A DNA stretch of 64,000 bases. Origin: Callorhinchus milii. Lineage: Eukaryota. The stretch lies in assembly GCF_018977255.1 (NCBI RefSeq), contig NW_024704743.1, forward strand, positions 68,760,001 to 68,824,000. The letters run 5' to 3'. The translations under genes and the position numbers were made by a program. The notes under the pieces were generated by a model. The model was not told the DNA's origin. It saw only the letters and a program-made list of their open reading frames with translations, and searched no databases. How positions within the stretch are numbered: position 1 is the stretch's first letter; every line of letters starts with the position of its first letter. Shown one piece after another: positions 40,059 through 53,148 of the stretch.

Positions 40059-40301
40059 CACTCACTCACTCACACACTTACTCATTCACACACCCACTCA
40101 CTCACTCACCCACTCACTCACTCACACACTCACTCACTCACACACTCACTCACTCACACTCACACACCCACTCACTCACTCACACACCCACTCACTCACA
40201 CACCACTCACTCACACACTCACCCACTCACTCACACACCACTCACTCACACACTCACCCACTCACTCACTCACACACTCACTCACACTCACCCACACACT
40301 C
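40059..40301. repeat. Compound (TCAC)n/(CA)n microsatellite
   Basis: About 240 nt composed of ACTC, AC and ACCC units. Confidence 0.97.
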
Positions 40302-40706
40302 AGCTGCTGCTATATTTAGAGGTGATGAGATGTGATGCCCCACTCCCCACGTCTCTCAGTAAACCAGGTGTGGGGGACACACACACACACACACACACAC
40401 AGATCCAGGTCTCCCTCCACTTTCTTTTGCAAAAAAAAAGAGATTCAAAAATGAGGATATTGTCTTCCAATAAATAAATGTAACCAACAGCAAACAGGAC
40501 AGAGGAGACACAGACACAGACAGTGACTGACTGCCTGACTGGGCGGCTACAGCCCCCCCTCTGCTCTCACTCTCTCTCTCTCTGCAATGATCCACAAAGA
40601 TGGAGACTCGCTGGGATTTGAGCCATAATCTGTGCTCGGCTCAGCTTTGTGAGGCAGTGGGTTAGCACTGAGCCCCCAAACCACTGCCCCACCAACACCA
40701 CCTTAT

Positions 40707-41870
40707 TAACACCGCCTGGCACTGGTATAAACACCGCCGGGCACTGGTATAAACACCGCCGGGCACTGGTATAAACACCGCCGGGCACTGGTATAAACAC
40801 CGCCGGGCACTGGTATAAACACCGCCTGGCACTGGTATAAACACCGCCTGGCACTGGTATAAACACCGCCGGGCACTGGTATAAACACCGCCTGGCACTG
40901 GTATAAACACCGCCTGGCACTGGTATAAACAACGCCTGGCACTGGTATAAACAACGCCTGGCACTCGTATAAACACCGCCTGGCACTGGTATAAACACCG
41001 CCTGGCACTGGTATAAACACCGCCTGGCACTGGTATAAACACAGCCTGGCACTGGTATAAACACCGCCTGGCACTGGTATAAACACCGCCTGGCACTGGT
41101 ATAAACACCGCCTGGCACTGGTATAAACACCGCCTGGCACTGGTATAAACACCGCCGGGCACTGGTATAAACACCGCCTGGCACTGGTATAAACACCGCC
41201 GGGCACTGGTATAAACACACCCTGGCACTGGTATAAACACCGCCTGGCACTGGTATAAACACAGCCTGGCACTGGTATAAACACAGCCTGGCACTGGTAT
41301 AAACACCGCCTGGCACTGGTATAAACACAGCCTGGCACTGGTATAAACACCGCCTGGCACTGGTATAAACACCGCCTGGCACTGGTATAAACACCGCCTG
41401 GCACTGGTATAAACACAGCCTGGCACTGGTATAAACACCGCCTGGCACTGGTATAAACACAGCCTGGCACTGGTATTAAACACAGCCTGGCACTGGTATT
41501 AAACACAGCCTGGCACTGGTATAAACACCGCCTGGCACTGGTATAAACACCGCCGGGCACTGGTATAAACACAGCCTGGCACTGGTATAAACACCCCCGG
41601 GCACTGGTATAAACACAGCCTGGCACTGGTATTAAACACCGCCTGGCACTGGTATAAACACCGCCGGGCACTGGTATCAACACAGCCTCGCACTGGTATC
41701 AACACCGCCGGGCACTGGTATAAACACCGCCGGGCACTGGTATAAACACCCCCGGGCACTGGTATAAACACCGCCTGGCACTGGTATTAAACACAGCCTG
41801 GCACTGGTATTAAACATAGCCTGGCACTGGTATTAAACACAGCCTGGTATGGTTATTAAACATAGCCTGT
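40707..41870. repeat. Minisatellite, 22-bp unit AAACACCGCCTGGCACTGGTAT, roughly 52 copies
   Basis: Head-to-tail units with variants (CCGCCG, CCGCCT, CAGCCT, CCCCCG, and a 23-bp TATTAAAC form). The 22-aa periodicity in all three minus frames confirms a 22-nt unit. Confidence 0.98.
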
Positions 41871-43460
41871 TTCGCAACTTGGAATCCACAATTCATCAAC
41901 TGCAATTTTTGTTTTGAATTTCGCAATGTGTCAGCCTCTCAGTTGGTCGCACACTTCCCTCTGAGTCAGATGATTGCAGGTTCAAGCTCCATGTATAGAC
42001 TATGAACTCACACTCTCGGCTGCTAATCTAATGCAGTGTTTGGGAAAGTGGCATTGTCAGAGGTGCCATCCTTTGGAAGCAACCAAGTTCCTGTCTGTTC
42101 AGGTAGATGGTAAACATTCAACAGCAATCCAGTATCTGTTTTCACAAAGCAGAAATTTCAATTAATGTAACAAATCCAAATAACAAATATCGCAAATTAG
42201 ATTCCAACAGCTGAGGAGGGGAATGAGCTGAGCAACGATTAGACAAGCCAGGGCGCTTCAGTCTTGTGAAAAGATGACTGAGGGAGGACCTCATAGAGGT
42301 GTATAACATGGTAAATAGGATTCAAAATGTAAACCAAGAATACTTTAGGGTAAACCAATACAGAAAAAGGGCAGGATCTGAATGGTAATTGGCTATCATA
42401 GCTGTCACTCATCAAGGAGGGCGGGCTCTAACAATGATAGTTGGTCCAAGCTGTCACTCACCTGGATGTGGGGCTCTGGGGTAAGTATCAGACGCCAATC
42501 ATAGGTGCACTGGGGAAACCTCCTGATTTCCCATACAGCCAGGTTTCCCTGACGGAGGATAGTAGGGTGGGTATTCTGGAGGGATGAGATCAGATGAGCT
42601 GAAGATCCGTCTTCATCCAAATGTATGAACTTGTGATCCTGTAATAGAGCCCTGAGGAATGCCACATATGACTTGAGCAGTGGTAGGGGGAAACATCATT
42701 GGAAGAGACAACGTGAAGAGACTGGGGTAAGTAAGAATAAAACCAAGAGAGGACAGAGCAAGGGAAGGAGAGCAGGGATGAGAATGATGAAGAGGGAGGG
42801 AATGGTCATTGGAATTAAAGGTGGCAGAGAAATTGAGGAGGATAAGGAGACAAAGGAAGTCCTTATCATGGAGAGAATCTTGTTGATGACTTTGACTGCC
42901 TGTCTCCTTTGGGGCCAGGGAGTCATCCCACTCATCTACTGTTAACCCTGCAAGCCAAAGCCCTAATGGGTAGGGTGGACCTAGTTGGAAACGCAGTGGG
43001 AAAACTTCCTGGACAGCAATATCAATGGCAAGCTATGTGGTTTCAGCTGGTTAGATTCCAACGCACACTCTGTGGTCCCTCAGCCTTGGCTCTTGCCAAC
43101 CTGTGCCTAATACTTTCCAGAATTAGGTAAGCAGGATGCATCCCTTCAGGGAGAGAGTGTGCATTCCATTCCAACAATCTATCTCTGGGATTTTGATGTA
43201 TAGGTGGGATGAATGGAAATCTCAGATTGGTTTGGATATTCTTAAGCCTGGTGATGGGTTTCTGCATTTGTTAGACATCCAGCTAACCAAAAACAAAATG
43301 CGGTCTTGGTATTGTGGGCAGAAGCTGAATTGGAGGGATTCATAGAAGTTGTGAAGGGAGACGTTAATCAGACATTTTTAATATTAAATTAGGTTCAAAG
43401 ATCTCGGAATCCTAAATCAACCTGGTTTTCAATTCATTCTATTTATGACACAATGTTATT

Positions 43461-43998
43461 ATAATAATAACAATAATAATCCTTGCATTTGATATAGCGC
43501 TTTTCACGTCTTCTACAACAACAACAAAATTCCATTTATAAAGCGCCTTTCACGTCAGGAGGACGTCCTAAGGCGCTACACAGTTGGGTCAGGACCCGAG
43601 CAGGGAGAAATGGTCAGGGTGAGGGGAGGGAAGGGAGGGGAGCGAGGAGGGGGGAAATGGTCAGGGTGAGGGGAGGGAAGGGAGGGAGCGAGGAGGGGAA
43701 AGAGAGTCGAGAGGGGAGCTGAAGGCTCGGTCAAAGAGACATCTCAAAGTGCTTCACAGAATATATTGTAAAATGGATTGACTGTATATTTGCGGGCGAA
43801 ATGCAGCAGCCAATTGCGCACAGCAGTGTCCCACAAACAGTGACCAATTTTATTGTTTTGTTTTTTTGTTTTTTCTTGAGGGATTATTATCAGGCATGTG
43901 GAGTAAGGAAACTGGCTCAAGGTTTCACCCTGCCGGGAATCAAACCCAAGTCTCTGGCTTGCAAGGCGAGTGCTCTAACCACTGAGCTACAGGACTCC
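43461..43998 (-). mobile_element. Young SINE split by an L2 3'-end insertion (43515-43736)
   Basis: The SINE tail gtcttct|agac is interrupted by (ACA)n aaattccatttataaagcgcc...ctcggtcaaag. Confidence 0.88.
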
Positions 43999-44952
43999 AC
44001 AATATGTATTTAATAGAAACAGCTTCTTTCCACTGCAAAAAAACAATCCCAGTACTTACATCTATGTTGAACTTGGTATCCTCTAGGTTAGAATTGTGTT
44101 ATTCAATGATCTAGTGGATTGTTGGCTAAGACACCGGGAAAAACCCACTTTCCCTTTTGAATACAACATTACAATGTTACAACTTTACTGAATTTATTGA
44201 TCTCTCTAACTCTAGTTTGTGTCTTAGAGTAGAGCGGTTATAGTGCTTGCGAGTGCTATAACTATTTTTACTGTGTGCTGTTCATTGCAGAAAGTAATTG
44301 TTAAACAAATAAAATGTAGGAATTCCAACCTGCACCTATCACCTTAGTGATATATTGAAAAATCTCTGTTGAACCTGATAAAATACAGAATATTGGAAAT
44401 AAGTCTGAAATCCATAATCAAGAGCAGACAAAAAAGGGAACTCTGAAGGGGAAATTTGGAGCTAAATCTAAAGCTGTCATGCTGAAGTATTTGAATATAT
44501 TTTCATGTTAATGATTCAATACCATACGAAATCCAGAAAGAGGAATTTTGTACTGATGGAGGAGGAGAGAGAAGTGTTTTATGTTGATATTACTTCCATA
44601 TTGTTGTGCTTCATGTTTAATAGTACTATTTTGCTGACTTGTGTTCTAATGGCATCAAGCTATTTGTAAGGGGTTGTTTAGCACTGTTGGTGCTGCAAAT
44701 TCAGTGAGATATAATTGTAACTATCCAGTTCATGGTTAAAGGTGTGGCTGTGTTGCAGCACACCATATAAGTGCATCTCTCCTAGCATTGCAATTGTCAC
44801 TCCCCCCAAGGAGTGTGCAGTAACATCTTTTAGGCCTCTCCTAACTGGTAGGAGGAATTTGATGTGGATGCTTCACTATGGAGACTCCTCTCATTTGAGA
44901 AAGAGCTGATCAACTAGTATTGATGGAAGATCTGTCAGACATTAACTCCATT

Positions 44953-45262
44953 GGAGTCCTGTAGCTCAGTGGTTAGAGCACTCGCCTTGCAAGCGAGACA
45001 CCTGGGTTCAATTCCAGGCAGGGCAAAACCTTGGGCAAGTTTCCTTACTCCACACGCCTAATAATAATCCCTAAAAAAAAAACAATAATGGTCATCTTCA
45101 ATCCACGACTGTTTGTGGGATACTGCTGTGCGCAATTGGCTGCCGCGTTTCGCCCATAAATATACAGTCAATTCACTTTGCAGCATATTCTGTGAAGCAC
45201 TTTGAGATGTCTAGAAGACGTGAAAAGTGCTATATCAATGCAATGATTATTATATTATTATT
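44953..45262 (+). mobile_element. Full-length young tRNA(Ala)-headed SINE with Deu-like body and L2-type (ATT)n tail
   Basis: A box TAGCTCAGTGG, anticodon arm CTCGC-CTTGCAA-GCGAG, B box GGTTCAATTCC. Body tgtttgtggga...gctgtgcgcaattggctgccgcg, tail aagcactttgagatgtc...(att)n. Confidence 0.93.
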
Positions 45263-48200
45263 GAATTATCAGGAACCTTACAGATCCCAAGTCATCTATG
45301 ATTTTCCAAACCCAGTAGAGGCTGCGCACAACAATACTGGAAACCATTCCTTACAGAAGTGCTTTCTCACATCAGCTGAGCGCTCCTGCCAATATATCAT
45401 ATCTAACATCTCCAGGAAATTGCTGAATTTCAAATTAATTCCCCTATCAATTAGGAGAGACCTAATTGATATTTTCATGTTAAATAATGGAGCAGGTATT
45501 TTACACTGAAGCTATTCCACCAGCAGTAATGATCTCCTTGGGAAGGAAATAATAGCCTCGATCTTTGGCACTTTTTAGTCATATCTAGAATAGTATTTAT
45601 AATGATTTACAATAGATAGTCAGGAAGCGTGCTCGGTGTAATGAAAAGAACTGAGAGACCTCAGTGGGGAAAATGTGTCATGCTCCACATGCAGTAAAGA
45701 ACTCACACACATCATGCTATGTGGTTTCCTGCACACTGCACATTTCACCCTGCATTTTCTTGTCATTTCCCTATACATTTTTATGTATATTTATGACTGC
45801 AAAAAGATCTAAAATAAAAGAAAATGATGGAAATGGTGAAACTACTTGCACACTTGGTGCATTTCCACTTGTAAGAAACATCTGGATTGAACATCATGTT
45901 AAACAATGGCTTGCTTACTGCTTTGTTTTACAATGTGTTGCTTGTAAATATTTTACACTTCAGATGCAAATATTCCCCATTTCCAAATTTGAGCATGTAT
46001 TGTGCCAAGAGGTCTTTAACATTCACCTGAACAGGCAAACAGAACCTCGATTTAAAATCTCATCTGAAGAATGGCTCTCCTGACAATGCAGCACTCTCCC
46101 AACATTGAACTGGAGCAGAGTTGTCCACTATGTTAGCCACTAGTCACAGGTGGTGAATTGGGAATCCAGATGTGATAAAATTGCATTTATCAATAGTAAA
46201 TAAAAAATGAGTAATAGTCACAATCGTTGGGTTAATAACTGCACAGCATATGCATGTGTACTTTGATCTTTTAGTAAGTTTATTGGTATAATGGTAAGAT
46301 GAAAAGCAGTTTGTTGCTAACCAATCTGTTGATGTTGAAAAGTGGAAACATGACTGAGACTGTCTCTGTGTTGAAACTGTGGCAAAATGATTGAGAGCTA
46401 ATATCCGGTTTTGAGAACGCTGCCAAGCTGTGCTCCATGTTTAGCTCAGTTTGATTGTGCGTTAACATTCTCAGGAATCATTCTGATGAAGTCAAGGTAC
46501 AGCTCACAACTGCTGAACACAAACCTGGCAACTGCTCCAAGATGTGCTGAGTCTCATACATTCAGGCTAGAATTCCAAACTTGGGTGAAAGAGAACAAAT
46601 GCAAAGTTTCTCAATAAAAGGTGGTAAATATTTCTTATGTAAACGTTTGTTAAGTAAATGTACATGAAAACAAACATGTGAAGTACATTGTGTGAGTGTG
46701 TATGTAATGTATTTTCTACTAAAGTGAGTGTATTTGACTAAAACAGTGTCAACGTAGCGACACTAGTGGCTAGTCAGTGATTTTTATTGGACGATACTGC
46801 AGTAGAGTGTTAGCCTCGACCATGAGCTCAAAATCCCCCAATGCAGGACGACAACCTTGTGATCCAGAGGCTAGAGTCCTACCAACTGAGTCAAACTGAC
46901 AATGCATCTATATTCCAGCAACATTTAGAATAGGGACAACAGCCTAAAACCACAAGGCGTTCTGACATATGACAGCATTTTGAAACCTGATAACATTAAA
47001 AGATCTTGAAGTAGGCATAGTGAAAGGAGATAGAATTCATGACATTAAGTAATTATGTTTGGCACCTTTAGAACACTGTAAGCCTGACCCCGCAAATACA
47101 TTAGTTACATAATATCCTAAAGTAGAAATACCAGATACTGACAAATACTGGGAGCACAGAATAATTGAGACTGGCAATCACATTGAGCAAAGAACCAAGA
47201 GCGATTCAGAACTGAAAGCTTGAAACTGAAAAGATGGAAATTTTGCAATTAGAAGTCTGGTGTCCAGAGCAGGTAATGAGGAGAGAAATAAGGTGTAGTG
47301 CAGCACTACTTAGAGCATGAAAGAAAGGATGAGAGACTATCTTAACACCCTGAAGGAATGATTGTGCTGGACCAGTCTCCTGTAACTAGTGTTACAAAGT
47401 AACTCATTTCACCACCACTGACTCACGTATTAAACAGAAAAACAATTGATTGGGCCTGCCACTATGAATAATATCCATAACGGTGAAGAACAAAACTTAT
47501 AAAGCAATCTGGAGGACAGAATAAAATAATAAGCAAAGCAAGGCATCATTCAGAACATGAAGACAAAAAACATGGCAGAGAAAACGAAATCATGGGTGTC
47601 ATCCTAGAGATATCCTCAGCATTGATTGCATTTTTTTTGTGGGTTGGGTATCTGATACATGGGGGGAAAGCCCATCACCATGCTTCAGATTTTCTGCACC
47701 AGGCTGAAAATTCCACGTATACATGTCAATTATTGCATGGAAATTGACCACCATAGTTGTGCTGGATGTGAATCCACCTGATTATTGGCAGCCTTGTAGT
47801 AAGGTGGGAGCATGGATAAATGTGGAATTAGCTAGCACTAAACACTGAATCCAAAATGGGGGAAAATCGGCGAAGCTTTGATAGGTTGGAAAGGGGTACA
47901 ATTCATTGTATATTAAAAGTGCTATTCATTTATTTGATAGATTTATCAAGTGCATATCACTCAGAGTACTATGCTGGTGTTTACTGTATTTCGAATCATT
48001 GACTTTCAAATTTCGTGCCGTTTATGCAAATGTACTGCTGGCGGTTTGTGAGGTAGGACTCAAACCAGGCGAGTGCGGTCCCACTGAGGTGGATGACGGA
48101 GAAAAGGCAGTGGAGGAGGATGGCGTGATCGACTGTGTCGAACGTGGCGGTGAGGCCCAGGAGAACAAGGAGGCAGAGGGAGCCCTGGTCACAGATAGAG

Positions 48201-49859
48201 AGGATGTAATTTGTGGCTTTCACAAACGCAGTCTCTGTACTGTTGGCAGAGCGGAAACCACTTCAGAGACACATACCTATGTGAAACACATTGGGGGAGT
48301 GCCACTTTACCACCTGCAGTACCAGACAACTACAGAAATCTATGTTTGTATTCTCTGCTTTGACTAATGATTCTCCTGATAGAAGTCTTGCTTTTCCACA
48401 GCTGTATTTACAGGGGGGGAAACAAAACTGCTTGAATGCAGAGAATGGTATCATTCTCTTGAAGAAGCAGTGGGGAATTTTGCTTTTCATCTGACAAGAT
48501 GTATCCAGTTCGCTTTCTTCACAATCTTACCCTTTTTTTGTGTGATCTGTGTTTGGTTTTCATTGTGATTGTGATGTTTGGCACTGTATTATTTTAGCTT
48601 ATGAAAAAAGTGGAAACATTTATTTCCCAGATGTGAAAGAATACTTTAGTCCTAGTTTTAACACGGTAGCTGTCACACATCACAATCTTTCTCTTCTAAA
48701 TCCAAAATAAAGTTTTGTTGAATTGCTTTAAGAAAGTGACTTTTCTCACAAAGATTTGTTGTTCTTGAGCAATAGCAGCTGGAAGCCTCACAACAGTGAG
48801 AGATGCTGACAGTAAATAGCCATTCAGTGCGCTGAATATCCAGTCGCTGCTATGCATAATGACGTTGGCGATCCACAATTATAACGGTAAATTCCATAGC
48901 AGTGTAGATCACCAATGCTGCTATGTGTAAATCTGATCGGAATTTCAGATTATAGATGCATTTTAATGTATTCTTGTGAGTTTCTACAGACTGGTAGAGA
49001 TGAAAAGCCACTGGCCATGTTGCTGCTTATTAAAGCACCTCTCTTTTAAGATTGAACTTGCTGGAGTAAAGCCAACTGACAGCGAGCGGTTCATTCCACT
49101 GGCTAATTTCCATGTAATAACATGCTGAATGTGTAACCAACTGAGATAGCTCCATTTACATTGGCATCAAGCAAAGCAAAGAATTAATAATCTACTCTCC
49201 AAGGATGTACATTTATGATTTAGTGTTAAGAAATTTAATTATTACTCCCCAATGGCTTAGTTGATATCATGGTCATTATTTAATGTGAAACTGATCCATA
49301 AACATCAGGAAGATCCCAGAGTTGTACTGCGCTATCTCAAAGGGAATAAAGCCTTAAAAAGCCTGTGTCAGTCAGCATCGGTTGGCTCAGTTAGTGTTAC
49401 TTGGCTCAGTTGGTCTTTAGGTCAGAAGCACTGTACTCAAGCCCTGCCTTACGATTTGGAGCTCACACTTCAAGATGTTACCTCAGTGCAATTCTGGGAG
49501 AATGCTAATTGTTTGAGGTATTTTACAGATGATATGTTAAACCATTTGCATTTTAAAGATCCTGTGACACTACTTGCACTATTTGAAAAGAGAAGTGAGT
49601 TTCACTCAATGTCCTGGATAACCAACATGAAAGGTGTTATGACAAATGTAAGGATTACTATGATTATTTTTATGTTTTCTGTTAATGTTCAAATTAAACT
49701 TGTAATTCTTCAAAAAGCATTTTTCTTTAATGGTGACAATTATAAGAATTTTTTGAATACTTTGCATTACTTATATGAGGTTGCCTTGTTGAAAAACTTG
49801 TCAGTGGTGATTAAATAAACTCTTGTAAATAATGTAAAGGCATTAATATTAATTTTGTG

Positions 49860-50400
49860 TAAAACCTTGGTTACTACAAATTTGGAGTCTGGTATACAGT
49901 TCCAAACATTATATTACAGTAGCATATTTAGCATTGGAGAGAGTACAGTGTAGATTTACAAGCATGTTACCAGTGAAGAATGGATACCTCTATCAAGAAA
50001 AAATAGACAGGATGGAGCTTTTCTCTCTAGATTTGAGACAATTGGGAGTGGCCCTGATACAGGTGTTTAAGATTATGAAAGTATTCGATAAAGTGGACAT
50101 TAATAGGCTGTATCCATTTGTCATGGAATCCAATTGAGAGAACATAAATATGATAGCCAGAAATTTAGGAGGAACTTCTGAAAGCAGAAGGTGATGAAAA
50201 TGTGGAAGCGACTGCTGTGAGCTTTGGTTGAAGCAAGAAGCATTAATGCATTTAAGAGAAAACCTGATGCAAATATGAGGGGGAAGGGAATAGAGGGGTG
50301 GAGGAGAGGGGAATAGAAGGAGCTGGAGCTTGTATGAAGTATAAACATCAGCATAGACTTCTTGGGCCGAATGGCCTGTTTCAGTGTTGTGTCCCTCTGT
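49860..50400 (+). mobile_element. CR1 3' fragment
   Basis: LERVQCRFTSMLP...LFSLDLRQLGVALIQVFKIMK and 3' UTR tgggccgaatggcctgtttc. Confidence 0.85.
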
Positions 50401-52469
50401 GTAATAAGTACTCTATATAACTATACTTACATACATATGTAATACTGTATTGTATACTCCATATAAATTCACTTGTTCATTGTTTGTGGGATCTGTTGTG
50501 TGGAAATTGGCTGTTGTGTTTGCATACAATACACAATTACTATCCGGCCTGCTTCATGTCCCCCACCTTCTGGAATTCCATCCCACAGTTCCACCTCCTC
50601 GACCCCTGCTTGCCTGCTTCAAGACCCGTCTCAAGGCCCTCCTTTTCAACCATGCCTTTGGTCACCCTCCTACCCCCTACCCTCTCCGTCCTCCACCCCT
50701 CCTGATCCCAACTACCAGCTCTGGTGGAGATCCCTGACTGTCTATTGCCTTGGGATGTCCATCTGATGTGAAAGACTCTGTACAAATGTAATTCGTTATT
50801 GTTAACAGAAAATCCCTGTAAAGTGCTTTGAGAAGTTTCAGTGTCATAAGTGCTAAATCAAACACAAGAATTGCTCCAATTTCAGTCTAGTTGAGGCACC
50901 GTGGAAAAACTAAATAACATAAATTTCAGCAATTGTATACTTTTTGGATTCTGCATGTCAGCAGGATTGCTTGATTCAAGATAGCTACTCTACTCATTCT
51001 TCTCTGTGAGATCCTTAGAACATCACAAAAAAAAACGTTTCAGTGGTCAGACATGAGCTGAATAATCATTTTTTCCTTGTAATTGCTGATGTTTTATAGC
51101 TGGTCAGCAGAAAGCACTGTTCCAAAAGCACTTATTGCCTGCTGGGGAAAATGCCATTTGTTTGTGATTTCCATGCTCTTCCAACTGTACATGGCTCTTT
51201 ATCTAGCAATCCTCACCAACTCAGCAATAAATCCTAGGCACAAGGCTTTCTTTTGCTACTTGGAGGAGACAGTTCCTTCCAAACATGTTGTACTTTTTGG
51301 GTCACTATGTCATTTGATGTTCATAAGTGAAAGTTTCAAGATCAAGAGAAAAACAATCATGCGCTATTTTGTTCAATTCTGGGTAGCAAGGGTTGTAACC
51401 ATGTAACTAACAGTGAAAACTTGGGTAAGTAGTTGAAAGTCAAGAATCTATTCTAACATTGTTCAATACAGGTTTTAAGCTGGATACCAAAGAGCCAATG
51501 AAGCACCAGTTTGGCAACAATACAATATTCACACGGATATTGTTTTTTCCAGTACAAAACTGCTTTGAACCGTTTTCTTGTTACCAACACAGAAGTGACC
51601 GTCTATGAAAGCCTTTTTATTTCCACATTTTATTCAAACAGCAGGCAAAATCCAGTGCGATACAAGCAATAATACACAAACGATACAAGCAGTAACAAAT
51701 GATACAAGCGGGGACATATTTTACAGTCTTTATCTTGCACCAATTTTCAAAACTCTGGCAGAAACCAACCAGACAATGCACAACACAGCACTGTTTCCAG
51801 GCAGGCATCCAATAACTTTGACCTATACTTCAACTGCATGAAAGTAATGCGACTCACACAGATAAGCTGAGCCAAATAATGGACAGGAGTTTTCAAACTG
51901 TGATTCGGATATTTCCTTTGGCTGATAATAGGTGCCTGAACTGCTGCCCCATCTGAATGAGATCAGAAAACTCATCCAGAGCAGGATTCAAATCTACAAC
52001 CTGCTGCTCTGCATGATGTAATACAGTGTCCCTACTAAGTCATCATCACCATAGTTTAAAGGTTTACCTGATTTTCTCAGAGACTCTAGGAAAGCTGGAC
52101 GAATCTCAGGAAAATTCAGGATTACTCATGTAACGAAAGACACATGCCATTTATTGGTCTACATAGCGAGAACGTGGGCCAAGTAATCTCCACTACATCT
52201 GTGTTTGATTCATAAATTTCAAGGCAATTTACATAAGGCTGAATCTTGGTTTTTCATATGCGTCAGTAAGCTCTTAGTCAGAATTTATTTGTGCAGGCAA
52301 ATAAGTGGAACCTCTATATATTCTGGACATTTCTAGAAAAATATATTATATTTTCAACGATCAAAGCTAACACATTAATGTTACTAGAACCATGTGATTT
52401 CAATCTTATGTGGTGTAAAAGAGTTTGTCAAAAACAAGTGATATGTGCATCTTAATTTCTATGTCTTTT

Positions 52470-53148
52470 CTCCCCTACATTCAAGCCATGACCCGCTCTG
52501 CCTTCCCTCACCTCTGTAATATTGCCCGACTCCGCCACTACCTCACCCCTCAAGCCGCTGAAACTCTTGTTCATGCCTTCATCACCTCCAGGCTCGACGA
52601 TGCAAATGCCCTGCTTGTCGGCCTTCCCAACTTCTCCCTCCACAGGCTGCAGATAATCCAGAACTCTGCAGCACGTGTCCTCTCCCGCACCAAACTCAGT
52701 GACCCCATCTCCCCCATTCTCGTCTGACTCCATTGGCTCCCTATCCTTCAGAGGATCAGTTCAAGATCCTGGTCCTCAAATACAAAGCCCTCCATGGCCT
52801 CGTCCCACCCTACCTCTGTGATCTCCTAACCCCCTACCAACCCGCCCGTTCCCTCCGCTCAGCCGGCTCTGGCCTGCTCCACTACTGGCGGGAGAGCCTT
52901 CAGGCACTCTGCCCCCAACCTCTGGACTTCCATCCCCCAATCACTCCGTCTCGCCCCCTCCTTAGCCTCCTTCAAGCCCTGCCTCAAGACCCTCCTCTTC
53001 GACCATGCCATTGGCCACCCCCCTTCCCCCCCTTCCCCCCCCCCCCACCCAACCCCAGGTCGGATCTGAAATGCTGTACTCTGTTCAGTGCCTTGGGACG
53101 TCCTCCCGACGTGAAAGGCGCTATACAAATGTAATCTTGTTGTTGTTT
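52470..53148 (+). mobile_element. L2 3' fragment, relatively well preserved
   Basis: NIARLRHYLTPQAAETLVHAFITSRLDDANALL, QIIQNSAARVL, FKILVLKYKALHGLVPPYLCDLL, (GTT)n tail. Confidence 0.92.

Larger units (their letters stand above)
39300..40700 (-). promoter_or_regulatory. Probable VOPP1 promoter/5' UTR region
   Basis: Surrounds the first coding exon. Local CpG excess, simple-repeat tracts and a TAAATATA on the minus strand at 40311-40318. The TSS cannot be located from sequence. Confidence 0.5.

Noticed and set aside
39448..40477. ORFs rich in RG, EER, TH and PS repeats near the promoter
   Set aside because: They are translations of microsatellites and the polypurine tract.
40567..41771. Long minus-strand ORFs (297, 273 and 325 aa) with VFIPVPGGVYTSARRCLYQCQA repeats
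   Set aside because: They arise from a stop-free 22-bp unit that gives the same peptide in all three frames. There is no codon-level signal of coding.
40707..41870. CRISPR-like array
   Set aside because: Units are head-to-tail with no unique spacers, there are no cas genes, and the context is eukaryotic.
44953..45025. tRNA-Ala(TGC) gene (also at 17455-17526, 43925-43998 and 59935-60006)
   Set aside because: The acceptor stem does not pair properly, there is no T-run terminator, and each copy continues into the same SINE body and tail.
49261..49818. 185-aa plus-strand ORF
   Set aside because: It runs through a decayed old SINE and AT-rich DNA, has a non-ATG start and shows no protein-like features.
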